Below are positions 49,535 through 59,817 of a stretch of 64,000 nucleotides of DNA, in pieces. Within the stretch, counting starts at the first letter, position 1; each line of letters opens with the position of its first letter. Location: positions 1,939 through 65,938 of the forward strand of contig JAGOUR010000002.1 in assembly GCA_018061145.1 (NCBI GenBank). The letters run 5' to 3'. A program made the translations under genes and the position numbers. Origin of the DNA: Minisyncoccota bacterium. Its GTDB lineage: Bacteria > Patescibacteriota > Minisyncoccia > Phycocordibacterales > UBA9973. The notes beneath the pieces were generated by a model. The model saw only the letters and a list, made by a program, of their open reading frames with translations, was not told where the DNA came from and made no database searches.

Positions 49535-50728
49535 TTAGTAATCAAAAACACCGTGAGGTGTCTCGATTCTAACAGCGGGATCACCAGGCTTACGCTCTTC
49601 ACAATGCCCAATAATTTTTGCATCAACATGAAAAATGTTGGCAGCTTTAATTACTCTTCTGGCAGCAGCCTGACTCCGACAATAAACTTCAAAGCGATGA
49701 CCCATGTTGAAACTGGTAAACATTTCTTTCCATGCGGTACCAGATTCTTTTTGAATCATCGAAAAGAAATCATTATCGAATAAATCATTTTTTACCGCCA
49801 TTACACTTGAAGGCAAAAATCTTTTTATCTTCGTCTGACCTCCACCTGAACAATGTATCAAACCTTGAATCTCAATACGCAGTATACTACGCCATAAATC
49901 ACTGAGGACCGGAGCGTAAGTACGCGTAGGAGAAAGCACCAATTTACCCATCGAGATTAGAGGCCAACCATTTATCGATATTCTATCCGTCAAATTATGT
50001 TCACCGCAGTAAATTAATTCAGGATTATCGTGCAAATAAAAAGTTTCCGGATATTTTTCTCCAACCGCCTTATTGAAAATATCATGACGAGCACTAGTCA
50101 GGCCGTTGCTACCCATACCAGAGTTGTATTCTGATTCATAAGTAGCCATACCAAACGAGCTAAGCCCCACAATAATCGCCCCAGGTTCAATGGCCGGAGT
50201 TAAGATTTTGTCTCTTTTCATCCTGGTTGTCATTGTGCCATTTACAATAATTGTACGAGAAAGATCAGGTACATCGGCAGTTTCACCACCAGCAAAAGAA
50301 ATGTTCATACCGAAATCGTTCATTTTTTGAATTAACTCTTCGGTGGCATTTATGATTTCAGAAATTACTTCTCCGGGGACAAGGAATTTGTTACGATCAA
50401 TTGTCTGAGTGTAGAGTATGGGTTCATCTGTCAAACCCACACAAAGCAGATCATCCAGATTCATCACAAATGCATCTTGGGCTATGCCTGCCCACACAGA
50501 CATATCCCCTGTCTCACGCCAATACGCATAAGCAAGTGATGATTTTGTCCCTGCTCCATCAGCATGAGAGATATTACAATACTTTTCATCGCTACCAAAA
50601 TAATCTGGGAGAATTTTACAAAAAGCATTCGGAAAAATACCCCTGTCCAACTTGGCTATAGCATCATGGACTTCTGTTTTACTGCTTGATACACCTCGTG
50701 CACCATAGCGGTCTTGTTTTTCGATCAT
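49535..50728 (-). CDS. PurM-like/AIR-synthase-related superfamily protein
   Basis: HADGAGTKSSLAY is a PurM-type N-domain motif. The length is about 400 aa. I cannot place the subfamily. Confidence 0.5.
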   Translation of the reverse strand: MIEKQDRYGARGVSSSKTEVHDAIAKLDRGIFPNAFCKILPDYFGSDEKYCNISHADGAGTKSSLAYAYWRETGDMSVWAGIAQDAFVMNLDDLLCVGLTDEPILYTQTIDRNKFLVPGEVISEIINATEELIQKMNDFGMNISFAGGETADVPDLSRTIIVNGTMTTRMKRDKILTPAIEPGAIIVGLSSFGMATYESEYNSGMGSNGLTSARHDIFNKAVGEKYPETFYLHDNPELIYCGEHNLTDRISINGWPLISMGKLVLSPTRTYAPVLSDLWRSILRIEIQGLIHCSGGGQTKIKRFLPSSVMAVKNDLFDNDFFSMIQKESGTAWKEMFTSFNMGHRFEVYCRSQAAARRVIKAANIFHVDAKIIGHCEERKPGDPAVRIETPHGVFDY

Positions 50729-50843
50729 ATAAAATTTATTTAAGGATTTTTGTCGATAATAACACTAAAAAATATATTTATCAATGTGTCAAAAAACAAT
50801 ATAATAATTGGAAAGATGGCTTTAAAAATGCTATATTTTATAC

Positions 50844-53054
50844 ATGCAAGATAAACCTGAATACAAAGAACCAAATATTGATAAAAAGCTATTACAACCA
50901 TACAACCCAGCCGATACTGAGGATCGTATTTACCAGCAATGGCAAGATAGTGGATTTTTTAATCCGGATGTTTGTATAGAAAAAGGAGTCACAAAACCCG
51001 ACGCTCCACATTTCTCTATCGTCCTACCTCCTCCAAATGTGACAGGTACACTACACCTAGGTCACGCTTTTGAAGACACAATGCAAGATGTCTTAGTTCG
51101 GTATAATCGTATGAAGGGAAAGAAAACTCTTTGGATCCCTGGTACAGACCATGCAGCAATTGCCACACAATCAAAAGTTGAAAAGATTCTAGAAAAAGAA
51201 GAAGGAAAAAGAAAGACAGATCTAGGTCGTGAAGAATTCCTAAAACGCGTAGACAAATTCGCACAAGAGAGTCACGACACTATCGTGTCTCAGATTAAAA
51301 AGATGGGTGCATCTATAGACTGGTCTCGTGAAGCATTTACCCTAGACGAAAAGAGGAATTTTGCTGTGCGTACTGCATTCAAAAAAATGTACGATGAAGG
51401 TCTGATCTACCGTGGGTATCGTATTGTGAACTGGGACCCAAAAGGCCAGACGGTAATATCAGATGACGAAGTAGTTTACGAAGAAAGAAAAGCAAAACTA
51501 TACACATTTAAATATTCAAAAGACTTCCCTATCTCTATATCTACGACTCGACCAGAGACAAAAGTCGGAGACATGGCAGTAGCTGTAAACCCTGCAGATG
51601 AAAGATACACTCAATATGTCGGTCAGACATTTGAAGTGGCTGATTTTTGTGGTGTACCACTATCAATCAAAATAATCGCCGACCACAATGTAGAAAAAGA
51701 TTTTGGTACTGGAGCCCTCGGAGTGACACCGGCACATAGTCAGATAGACTGGGAAATGGCTCAAAAGAATAACTTGGAGGTAAAACCAGTTATCAATGAA
51801 TATGCCAAGATGACAGTAGGTGGTGAAAATCTTCTGGGAAAGAAGACAGGTGAAGCTCGTGAGATAGTAGCACAGTGGCTACGCGAAAATGATTTGATGG
51901 AATCTGAAGTCGAAGTTGATCAAAATGTATCGACAGCAGAGCGTACTGGTGCAATAATCGAACCAATTCCAAAACTTCAGTGGTTCATCAATGTAAACAA
52001 ACCAATAGAAAGACATAATGGCAAGACCTTAAAGGATCTGATGCTTGAACCTGTTGTTGATGGCAAAATAAAAGTATTACCAGATAGATTTGAAAAGATA
52101 TATTCACATTGGATTGCGAATCTTCGCGACTGGTGTATATCTCGCCAAATCTGGTACGGACATCGTGTGCCTGTATGGTACCGAGGTGATGAAGTCTATT
52201 GCGATATGGAAGCACCCGAAGGTGAAGGCTGGGAACAAGACTCTGATAGTCTAGACACTTGGTTCTCTTCAGGACTATGGACATTCTCTACTCTCGGATG
52301 GCCAGATATGAATTCTGCAGATTTAAAGAATTACCACCCTACTACAATAGTTATGCCGGGATATGAAATCCTGCCATTTTGGGTTGCCCGTATGGTCCTC
52401 ATGTCTCAATACCTATTAAATGAAGTTCCGTTCGATACTGTATATTTCCACGGAATAGTTCGCGACAGTAAAGGTAAGAAATTCAGCAAGTCTGCAAATA
52501 ATGGAATAGACCCAATAGATGTGATAAACGAATACGGAACAGACGCATTACGTATGGCACTCGTCGTAGGTGTAGGCCCAGGTAATGATACAAAATTTGA
52601 TATGCAAAAAGTAAAAGCATACAAGCACTTTGCAAATAAACTCTGGAATATTGCGCGCTTTACCCTATCATCTACAGAAGGCGTCGTATGTGATCCAAAG
52701 TTCGATGCATATACAGATAGTGAAAAAACTTTAATCGAAGAGCGAGACAATCTGATATCTGAAATCACAAAAGAAATGGATGAATACAAATTCTATCTAG
52801 TCGGAGAAAAGCTCTATGCATACGCATGGACACGATTTGCAGATGTGATAATCGAGGAAAGCAAACCAATACTAAACGGAAAAGATGAGAATGCAAAAAT
52901 GGCTAGTGCACAATTCCTATTGAACACTCTAGAAAAAATAACAACAGTACTCCACCCATTCATGCCATTCGTCACAGAAGAGCTATGGTCGATTATTCAT
53001 AAAGACACAGGACTACTGATGGTAGAAAAGTGGCCAACAATAAATAATGGATAA
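50844..53054 (+). CDS. valS: valine--tRNA ligase, short form lacking the long C-terminal coiled coil
   Basis: HIGH is PPPNVTGTLHLGHA and KMSKS is KFSKSANNG. Editing-domain motifs are present. Confidence 0.85.
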   Translation: MQDKPEYKEPNIDKKLLQPYNPADTEDRIYQQWQDSGFFNPDVCIEKGVTKPDAPHFSIVLPPPNVTGTLHLGHAFEDTMQDVLVRYNRMKGKKTLWIPGTDHAAIATQSKVEKILEKEEGKRKTDLGREEFLKRVDKFAQESHDTIVSQIKKMGASIDWSREAFTLDEKRNFAVRTAFKKMYDEGLIYRGYRIVNWDPKGQTVISDDEVVYEERKAKLYTFKYSKDFPISISTTRPETKVGDMAVAVNPADERYTQYVGQTFEVADFCGVPLSIKIIADHNVEKDFGTGALGVTPAHSQIDWEMAQKNNLEVKPVINEYAKMTVGGENLLGKKTGEAREIVAQWLRENDLMESEVEVDQNVSTAERTGAIIEPIPKLQWFINVNKPIERHNGKTLKDLMLEPVVDGKIKVLPDRFEKIYSHWIANLRDWCISRQIWYGHRVPVWYRGDEVYCDMEAPEGEGWEQDSDSLDTWFSSGLWTFSTLGWPDMNSADLKNYHPTTIVMPGYEILPFWVARMVLMSQYLLNEVPFDTVYFHGIVRDSKGKKFSKSANNGIDPIDVINEYGTDALRMALVVGVGPGNDTKFDMQKVKAYKHFANKLWNIARFTLSSTEGVVCDPKFDAYTDSEKTLIEERDNLISEITKEMDEYKFYLVGEKLYAYAWTRFADVIIEESKPILNGKDENAKMASAQFLLNTLEKITTVLHPFMPFVTEELWSIIHKDTGLLMVEKWPTINNG

Positions 53055-53760
53055 TCTTATATCAGACCCAAAAACTCTAATATATGCAGTACTAGGAGGA
53101 GTCATGCCGGCCATATTATGGCTATGGTTTTGGCTCAGGCAAGAAGATAGCGACGACAAAGAACCCACAGGATTGATAATCATGTCTTTTGTGCTCGGTG
53201 GGGTGATGGTACTACTAGCTATATGGTTACAGAGATATTCGGCTACATTGATACTAGACAAGACATGGCAGATAATCGCATTTGCATCAATAGAAGAAAT
53301 ACTAAAAATGCTCGCAGTTATAGTAGTCGTGTTTGGTAGTGGACATATAGACCAGCCGATAGACTACCCTATGTACTTTATCGCAGCCGCACTGGGATTC
53401 GCAGCACTTGAAAATGTATTCTTCCTGATCAACCCTCTCCAAGTAGACGGTACAGTTGTCGGACTACTCACTGGCAACTTGCGATTCCTGGGATCGACAC
53501 TACTGCACGCCATTGCGAGCAGCATGATAGGTAGCGCATTTGGATTGGCATTCTATATAAAAAGATTAAAGAAAACATATGCGATAATCGGATTATTATT
53601 TGCTATTGTCTTGCATAGCCTGTTCAATTTCTTTATAATGAAAGGAAGCGGTGAAAATTTCCTCTCTGTTTTTGGTTTTCTATGGGTCGTCGCGATTATA
53701 AATATTCTTATTTTTGAAAAATTAAGAAGAATGAGTCCGCGCTTTGCGCAAACAATATAA
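53047..53760 (+). CDS. PrsW-family intramembrane metalloprotease-like protein
   Basis: Multi-TM with IEEILKM, GFAALEN and LLHAIAS, matching the EExxK/FxxxE/H motifs of PrsW. Confidence 0.6.
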   Translation: MDNLISDPKTLIYAVLGGVMPAILWLWFWLRQEDSDDKEPTGLIIMSFVLGGVMVLLAIWLQRYSATLILDKTWQIIAFASIEEILKMLAVIVVVFGSGHIDQPIDYPMYFIAAALGFAALENVFFLINPLQVDGTVVGLLTGNLRFLGSTLLHAIASSMIGSAFGLAFYIKRLKKTYAIIGLLFAIVLHSLFNFFIMKGSGENFLSVFGFLWVVAIINILIFEKLRRMSPRFAQTI

Positions 53761-54238
53761 AACTATGCTAAAAAAGAAATCTTTTTTTGAAAAATTAACA
53801 GGTGGTATTAAATTCGATGACGAGAGTGAATTTCTCGTAGACGAAGAACCAAAGTTAATGAAGAAAAATCACGAAGTTGAATTCAAAGAAGAAGTCGAAG
53901 AAGAACAAGACGGAGAGCTCACTATCGACCTATATCAGACAAATGGCGAGATCGTAGTGCAGAGTATGATAGCCGGTGTACTACCAGAGAATCTATCTAT
54001 AATGATCACAAGAGACACTCTGACTATCAAAGGCAAGAGAGACGAGAACAGATCAATCAAAGAAGGAGATTACTATGTCAGAGAACTATACTGGGGAAGC
54101 TTTTCAAGAACAATCAGCCTACCAGAAGAAGTAGACCCTGAAGAAGCTGAAGCAATAGAAAAGCACGGCCTACTAGTTATCAAGCTCCCAAAGATAAACA
54201 AACACAAGCAAACAAACCTAAAAGTGAAATCTATATAA
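53744..54238 (+). CDS. Hsp20/alpha-crystallin small heat-shock protein
   Basis: Alpha-crystallin domain: DLYQTNGEIVVQSMIAGVLPENLSI...GLLVIKLPK. Confidence 0.85.
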   Translation: MRKQYKTMLKKKSFFEKLTGGIKFDDESEFLVDEEPKLMKKNHEVEFKEEVEEEQDGELTIDLYQTNGEIVVQSMIAGVLPENLSIMITRDTLTIKGKRDENRSIKEGDYYVRELYWGSFSRTISLPEEVDPEEAEAIEKHGLLVIKLPKINKHKQTNLKVKSI

Positions 54239-54240
54239 AT

Positions 54241-54265
54241 AAAACCCCGCAATTGCGGGGTTTTA
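54241..54265. terminator. hairpin terminator
   Basis: AAAACCCCGCAATTGCGGGGTTTT, a perfect palindrome. Confidence 0.65.
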
Positions 54266-54274
54266 TTTATATCG

Positions 54275-54350
54275 TGGTGCCTGGAATCAGATTTGCACTG
54301 ATGACCCTTCCCTCTTCAGGGGAATGCTCTGCTAACTGAGCTATCCAGGC
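54275..54350 (-). tRNA. tRNA-Phe (GAA) with encoded CCA; the T loop is atypical
   Basis: Manual fold: acceptor GCCUGGA/UCCAGGC-A-CCA, anticodon stem UUCCC/GGGAA with loop CUGAAGA. The T loop reads UGCAAAU. Confidence 0.7.
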
Positions 54351-54443
54351 ATTATTAATTTTGTTTATCTATCATACTAAAAAAATAACTTATTTGCAAT
54401 GATGGACTGGCCCAGTAGAACACGTGATGATATACTGTAATAT

Positions 54444-54818
54444 ATGCAAACTTGTCAACTTTGTGATAAAAAATTTAAAGACTACCAACAAAGAAACCGC
54501 ACACGGTGTGGATCTTGTAATACAAAAATAAGACGTTTTCGTGCTAAAGCAGCAGCTGTTCAATATTTAGGAGGTAAGTGTGCAAAATGTGATTGGAGTG
54601 GGAATCAAGCTGCCCTACAATTTCATCACAAAAATCCAAAAGAAAAAGATTTTATAATTGGGAATGTTTCAAATAAAAGCTGGGATTCAATAAAAATAGA
54701 AATTCAAAAGTGTATTTTATTGTGTGCAAATTGTCACATGATTGAACATAGCACAAAAGATGGTAAAAAGTTCCTTGAGGAAGCAATGAATTATAAAGGA
54801 AGAAAACTTGTTTTTTAA
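54444..54818 (+). CDS. standalone HNH endonuclease
   Basis: Paired CxxC motifs plus FHHKNP...CANCH, the HNH core. Confidence 0.7.
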   Translation: MQTCQLCDKKFKDYQQRNRTRCGSCNTKIRRFRAKAAAVQYLGGKCAKCDWSGNQAALQFHHKNPKEKDFIIGNVSNKSWDSIKIEIQKCILLCANCHMIEHSTKDGKKFLEEAMNYKGRKLVF

Positions 54819-54831
54819 TAAATTATCCAAA

Positions 54832-54860
54832 ATAAAACACCCTAGGGGTGTTTTATTTTT
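54832..54860. terminator. hairpin terminator
   Basis: AAAACACCC-TAG-GGGTGTTTTATTTTT. Confidence 0.6.
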
Positions 54861-55146
54861 GTAGGCTCTTTAGCAATCCTTGGATACTATTTAGGTCAGG
54901 AACACCATTCATCCCCTCTGAATTCAAGGAGTCTAGCCCTCCGCCACTATATACGTCTAGGATGCCACCTAGATATGGCTGTACGAAATAGTACGCCCCA
55001 TATGAAGCACCGATAATCACCACCCAGTAAACGATACGATAAATCTGAGCCAGCTTTTGAGTATTGCGAACTTTTTTCAATAATTCATTATTCTCTTTTG
55101 AAAGCTCGAGATTTTCTTCTAATAATTTTTTAATTTCTTGATCCAT
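54853..55146 (-). CDS. hypothetical protein with an N-terminal coiled coil and one TM helix
   Basis: ORF only. Confidence 0.4.
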   Translation of the reverse strand: MDQEIKKLLEENLELSKENNELLKKVRNTQKLAQIYRIVYWVVIIGASYGAYYFVQPYLGGILDVYSGGGLDSLNSEGMNGVPDLNSIQGLLKSLQK

Positions 55147-55188
55147 TATTTTTTAATTATAACAAATATAAAATTAAAAACGATAGTG

Positions 55189-55260
55189 TGCCCTCACCCT
55201 GAGTCGAACAGGGATCTATTCCTTAGGACGGAACTGTTCTATCCATTGAACTATGAGGGC
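55189..55260 (-). tRNA. tRNA-Arg (CCU), no encoded CCA
   Basis: Manual fold: acceptor GCCCUCA/UGAGGGC, anticodon stem GUUCC/GGAAU with loop GUCCUAA, T arm CCCUG-UUCGACU-CAGGG. Confidence 0.65.
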
Positions 55261-55263
55261 ATA

Positions 55264-55286
55264 AAAGCGCCTATATAGGCGCTTTT
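55264..55286. terminator. hairpin
   Basis: AAAAGCGCC-TATATA-GGCGCTTTT. Confidence 0.55.
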
Positions 55287-55312
55287 ATAATACTACAGAA
55301 TAAAAAATTTTA

Positions 55313-55552
55313 CTATTCTTTGATTCCTAGTAACTCTGCTATTTGAGGCTTATTGAATCCTACGATTAATTTATCATCAATGATGATTACTGGTACACCC
55401 ATCTGACCACTCTTTTGGATCATCTCTTGTCTCTTGCCTAGATCTTCTGCAACATTAAAATCTTCAAATGCTACATTATTCTCCTTGAAGTAATCTTTTG
55501 CCATATGGCAAAAATGACATGTCGGTGTGCTATATACTGTAACTGTACTCAT
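55313..55552 (-). CDS. glutaredoxin/NrdH-like redoxin
   Basis: VYSTPTCHFCHMAKDYF has the CxxC in a thioredoxin-fold context. GVPVIIID. Confidence 0.75.
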   Translation of the reverse strand: MSTVTVYSTPTCHFCHMAKDYFKENNVAFEDFNVAEDLGKRQEMIQKSGQMGVPVIIIDDKLIVGFNKPQIAELLGIKE

Positions 55553-55658
55553 ATATTTTTCTCGGCCGACCCGTTAGGGTTTAGGCATAATTAATTAATA
55601 AGTTTGGAAATTTATTATATCACAAAAAAATTTCGCGCAACACTTGACACGAGGACAC

Positions 55659-56042
55659 CTAAATCAAGCCCTCAAATTCGCCTTTATACTGGATAGCTTC
55701 CAAATCAGCATTGTCTATCCATACATAATTCCCTCCTCGTGGCTTACCAAATACTATGCCGTGATATTTAAATCCGTGAACTATTAGCCAATTCTCGGTA
55801 GCCTCTCTGTGGTCTTCTTTACGTGAAGTAAAGAATGTCACTATATGCCCCGCATCATATAGATTATTCACAAAATCTCGTGCACCGGGTAGCTCATATG
55901 CAGTCACGAATCTCTCTGGTTCTTCGTTTGGTATATCCTCACACACAGTACCATCTATATCGATCAGATAATTCTTCATGCCAATTGGCAACACAGGACT
56001 ACCACTCTTTCCATCTTCATTTTTTACCTCTTGTAAATCCAT
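55659..56042 (-). CDS. small HAD-like/5'-nucleotidase-like hydrolase (127 aa); start at the internal MDLQ
   Basis: LIDIDGTVC is a DxDGT-like motif. The longer ORF-track entry overlaps tRNA-Gly. Confidence 0.4.
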   Translation of the reverse strand: MDLQEVKNEDGKSGSPVLPIGMKNYLIDIDGTVCEDIPNEEPERFVTAYELPGARDFVNNLYDAGHIVTFFTSRKEDHREATENWLIVHGFKYHGIVFGKPRGGNYVWIDNADLEAIQYKGEFEGLI

Positions 56043-56068
56043 ATAAAATAAATTAATTTTTAATCTAG

Positions 56069-56139
56069 TGCGAACACGGGGAATCGAACCCCGATCTATT
56101 GCTTGGGAAGCAATCATTCTGCCACTGAACTATGCTCGC
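56069..56139 (-). tRNA. tRNA-Gly (CCC), no encoded CCA
   Basis: Manual fold: acceptor GCGAGCA/UGUUCGC, anticodon stem AUUGC/GCAAU with loop UUCCCAA, T arm CGGGG-UUCGAUU-CCCCG. Confidence 0.75.
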
Positions 56140-56143
56140 AATT

Positions 56144-56521
56144 TTATTTGAATAAATTTTTAAGCCAATTTAAAAAACCGTGCTCTTTTTTGTTTTCATT
56201 TTCTTCAACTTCCAATTCTGCTTTGTCTACAATCACGAGCATTTTTTCACCAGGTCTTACGACTTGATATTTATCTCTTATCAAAATCTCAGAACCTTTT
56301 TCTGTTTTTAGTTGATCTATTGATTGAGTTAGAGATTTTTCCCTCTCTTGTAGGGCGTTCATCTTGTCCAGGACAAGAGACTTGGTCTTGGCAGTTTCTC
56401 TTTCTTTAGCAAACAGACCCACCATATTATAAGCAAAAATTATAAAAATCAAAAACAGCACTATAAGCGATAGTGGCGAGTGCCAAAAGGTATTCATTTT
56501 TTTCTTCTTGAATTCTTCCAT
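56144..56521 (-). CDS. ftsB: FtsB/DivIC-like septum formation initiator
   Basis: N-terminal TM, then a coiled coil, then IRDKYQVVRPGEKMLV. Confidence 0.6.
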   Translation of the reverse strand: MEEFKKKKMNTFWHSPLSLIVLFLIFIIFAYNMVGLFAKERETAKTKSLVLDKMNALQEREKSLTQSIDQLKTEKGSEILIRDKYQVVRPGEKMLVIVDKAELEVEENENKKEHGFLNWLKNLFK

Positions 56522-56664
56522 ATTTCTGATATGATTATAACATGATTTTCAGCGCAAAAAGCCAAAAGAGGATGCGAGTAGCATTTACCATAATATCTAT
56601 ACTAGTTATAGTCAGTATGATAATGCTATATATGCCGATTCTGCAATAATATAAACATTATCAA

Positions 56665-56692
56665 CAAAAAGAGCCCATTTGGGCTCTTTTTA
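56665..56692 (-). terminator. terminator after lepA
   Basis: AAAAGAGCCC-ATTT-GGGCTCTTTT. Confidence 0.55.
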
Positions 56693-58510
56693 CTTACCTC
56701 CTCCACTACGCATCATTTTCAAAAATACGTCTTGTGTGATATTCACCTTGCCGTTCTCGGCTTGGCGAGCTTTACCTTTCTTTTGCTTTTCCAATAGCTT
56801 CTTCTTACGACTTATATCTCCTCCTCCTACTACTTTACTACCATGCATCAACACATCTTTACGATAAGCAGATACAGACTCCGATGCGATTATTCGGCCT
56901 AGGGCCTTGCCTTGGATTTTAAATGCAAACTGGTGACGAGGGATTACCTTCTTTAATCTCTCCACCTGATCTCTTGCTTCATCTTCGGCACGACGACGAG
57001 ACACAACACGACAGAACGCCACTACTGGCTCATCTGCTACGATGATATCTAGACGCACTACATCAGCCTCACGGTATTCATCCATCTCATAAGAGATAGA
57101 TCCGTATCCTGAAGTCAGAGATTTAAGATCATCAAAGAAATTTCTCATCAATTCACGTAGCGGCATATCTACTGTGACCTGGGTTCTGTTGTCTCCGAAA
57201 TTTTCAGTCATTTTAATATCTGCCTCGTGGTCGAATAAGAATGGCATCAATACTCCTACATAGGATAGTGGTGCGATAATCTTTACGTGTATCCATGGCT
57301 CGAAAACTTTTACTACACTACTATCATCTGGGAAAAGATGTGGTGAATATATAGTCTCTTCTTTGCCATTTCTCAATAATACTTTGTATGTAATAGATGG
57401 CATAGTCACTATCAACTGTAGGTCAAATTCACGAGACAATCTCTCTGTGATAATCTCAAGATGTAGCATACCGAGGAACCCACAACGAAAACCACGGCCC
57501 AATGTACCAGATGTTTCTTCTTCATATGAAAATGCAGAGTCAGAAAGACGGAGCTTGCCTAGCGCAGCCTTTAGATTTGTAAAATCATCGGCAGACTCCG
57601 GATATACAGATGCCCATACTACAGGGCGAGGATTCATGTACCCATGCAGAGCTGTCGCACCATTCTTGGAATTTGTGACAGTGTCTCCGACAGATGCGAT
57701 ACCTGGCTTTTTAATACCTGTGACGATATAACCAATCTCTCCGCTAACCAGACTATCTTTTGGATTTTCTTCGGGAGAAAATGTCCCTACTTCAAGGGCG
57801 ATAAACTGCTCATCTGATACTGCGAATTTTAGATAGTCACCTTTTTTAAATGATCCACCAAATACACGGACATAGACGATAACTCCACGATGATTGTCGT
57901 ATTTAAAGTCAAACACAAGAGCACTATTTGTATTCTTATCAGTCACTACTTCAAAGGTCGGAGGTGGTACGCGATTCACAATCTCATTCAAAAGATCCGC
58001 TACTCCGTCACCAGTCTTACCAGAGACTAGCATGATAGTATCGGGATCAATGTCGAGAAGTATAGCAACCTCCATTTTTACTTCATCTACACGAGATAAT
58101 GGTGAGTCAATCTTGGACAGCACAGGGATGATTACAAGACCAGAATCACGAGCCATCTGTAGAGTGGTGAGTGTCTGAGCCTGTACGCCCTGAGTCGAGT
58201 CTACGAGCAATATAGAGCCTTCTACAGCCTTTAGGGCACGAGATACCTCATATGAGAAGTCGATGTGCCCGGGTGTGTCGATGAGGTTTAAAATGTATTT
58301 CTCATTGCCAACTTTATGCTCCATACGGACAGGCTGCATCTTGATAGTGATACCACGCTCGCGCTCTAATTCCATAGAATCTAGGACCTGATCCTTCATT
58401 TTACGCGCCTCAATAGTGCCCGTCACTTCTAACATGCGGTCTGCAAGGGTACTCTTACCGTGATCGATATGAGCGATGATACTAAAATTTCTTATATGCT
58501 TTATGTCCAT
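56690..58510 (-). CDS. lepA: elongation factor 4 (LepA)
   Basis: IRNFSIIAHIDHGKSTLADR, DTPGHIDF, with the LepA-specific C-terminal domain. Confidence 0.9.
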   Translation of the reverse strand: MDIKHIRNFSIIAHIDHGKSTLADRMLEVTGTIEARKMKDQVLDSMELERERGITIKMQPVRMEHKVGNEKYILNLIDTPGHIDFSYEVSRALKAVEGSILLVDSTQGVQAQTLTTLQMARDSGLVIIPVLSKIDSPLSRVDEVKMEVAILLDIDPDTIMLVSGKTGDGVADLLNEIVNRVPPPTFEVVTDKNTNSALVFDFKYDNHRGVIVYVRVFGGSFKKGDYLKFAVSDEQFIALEVGTFSPEENPKDSLVSGEIGYIVTGIKKPGIASVGDTVTNSKNGATALHGYMNPRPVVWASVYPESADDFTNLKAALGKLRLSDSAFSYEEETSGTLGRGFRCGFLGMLHLEIITERLSREFDLQLIVTMPSITYKVLLRNGKEETIYSPHLFPDDSSVVKVFEPWIHVKIIAPLSYVGVLMPFLFDHEADIKMTENFGDNRTQVTVDMPLRELMRNFFDDLKSLTSGYGSISYEMDEYREADVVRLDIIVADEPVVAFCRVVSRRRAEDEARDQVERLKKVIPRHQFAFKIQGKALGRIIASESVSAYRKDVLMHGSKVVGGGDISRKKKLLEKQKKGKARQAENGKVNITQDVFLKMMRSGGGK

Positions 58511-58552
58511 TATTCCCCTATCCTACCAGAAAAACACTTAAATTAAAAGGAG

Positions 58553-59101
58553 TTAATTTTCAAACTTTTCTAGCTCTTTAATCCATTTTTCATAATTAGG
58601 TCTTGCAATTTCTTTTCCCATTGATGATGAAATTCGATTAAACATCCAATCTAATTTTTCTTTTACTTTACAATGTCCTTCAATAGGTGCTTTTTTATTT
58701 ACAAACATTTCTGCATTGGTTTCAAAGAAACTTATAGAATCTGCATCCATGAGAGCATTTTGTTCTTCATCTCCTCCGACTTCATGTTTACTTATAAGAT
58801 TTACAACTTTATTAATTACCTCTTCTGGAATATTTTCTTTCTGCAAAAAATCGAACATTATTTTTCCACCTTTTTCTTGATGATTTTTAAGGAATTTTTG
58901 ATCTAAATAATTTTCAGGAACTATTTCATTTTCAGAACGAAAAGCTCTTTCAATGTCATGTGAATAAGCAGCTATCTTATGAGCTTCCGTAATATTTGGA
59001 ATAAATTTTTCATACCAATATACAGTACGCTCGAAATGAGCTTTTTGTTTACCTTTAAATGATTGATCTACATATTCAACTGTTTTATTATAAATATCCA
59101 T
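58553..59101 (-). CDS. hypothetical protein, possibly an HD-domain-like hydrolase
   Basis: AAYSHDIER is an H..HD-like motif. Weak. Confidence 0.35.
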   Translation of the reverse strand: MDIYNKTVEYVDQSFKGKQKAHFERTVYWYEKFIPNITEAHKIAAYSHDIERAFRSENEIVPENYLDQKFLKNHQEKGGKIMFDFLQKENIPEEVINKVVNLISKHEVGGDEEQNALMDADSISFFETNAEMFVNKKAPIEGHCKVKEKLDWMFNRISSSMGKEIARPNYEKWIKELEKFEN

Positions 59102-59108
59102 ATTTTTT

Positions 59109-59136
59109 CCCAGCCAGGGCTTTAGGCCCTGTCTGG
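59109..59136. repeat. REP-like palindrome, left flank of the RayT-like gene; it overlaps the last four codons and the stop
   Basis: CCCAGCCAGGGC-TTTAG-GCCCTGTCTGG. It is the reverse-complement orientation of the 59818 element (loop TTTAG versus CTAAA). Confidence 0.65.
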
Positions 59137-59811
59137 AAGATTATCTTCATCTTTTAATGAAGTCTTTCCTCTTTCTTTTCTAATAATTGAAACAATTTCT
59201 TTGCAATGTTTTTCAAATTTATTGCTTCCACCAAAAATTTCCAGAACTCTCTCTCCTTCTTCTTTGTCTATTATTTTAAATTTATTATTTTTATATTCAA
59301 AATCCCCAGAAAAGATTAAATCTTTTTTAGATTCAGGAATATCATGGATTTCATAATTATGATTTGTATACCCTAAAAGTTTATTAAAATAATTTTCATC
59401 ATTAATTAAATGTGACTTGAAAGTTCCCTGGAATAGTGATCCTGTGCGATTATTTTTTACATTAAAATACGAAGTATACCCACTTTGTAATTTTTGCATA
59501 AATTTTGCAATACCTCCATCAATTGACTGTTTTAAAATAAAGTGAAAATGATTTGGATTCAAACAATATCCAATAATAGAAACCAGTGGTTCTCTAGATA
59601 AGGCTTTAGGTCCTATCTCTTTAGACTTCCTTAAATTAGACAAACTAATTATTGTATTAATTTGATTAAATTCAATTACACTTTCAATAAATCTATAGAC
59701 ATCATTTTTGTCACTAAAAATATCACGCTTATCCACTCCACGATTGTAAATATGATAATATTGATTTGTAATTAGAGGTTGTTTCCTCATGATTTTATTA
59801 TAACACAACAA
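59122..59811 (-). mobile_element. IS200-like HUH-Y1 transposase of the REP-associated (RayT, COG1943) type, 229 aa
   Basis: YHIYNRGVDKRDIFSDKNDVYRFIE, then GYCLNPNHFHFIL (HUH), then GYTSYF and GSLFQGTFKS. This matches the RayT/IS200 TnpA motif order. It has a C-terminal extension. Confidence 0.7.
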
Positions 59812-59817
59812 ATAAAT

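Noticed and set aside
55659-56117. Long form of the HAD-like ORF
   Set aside because: Its first 25 codons overlap tRNA-Gly, so the internal ATG at 56042 was used.
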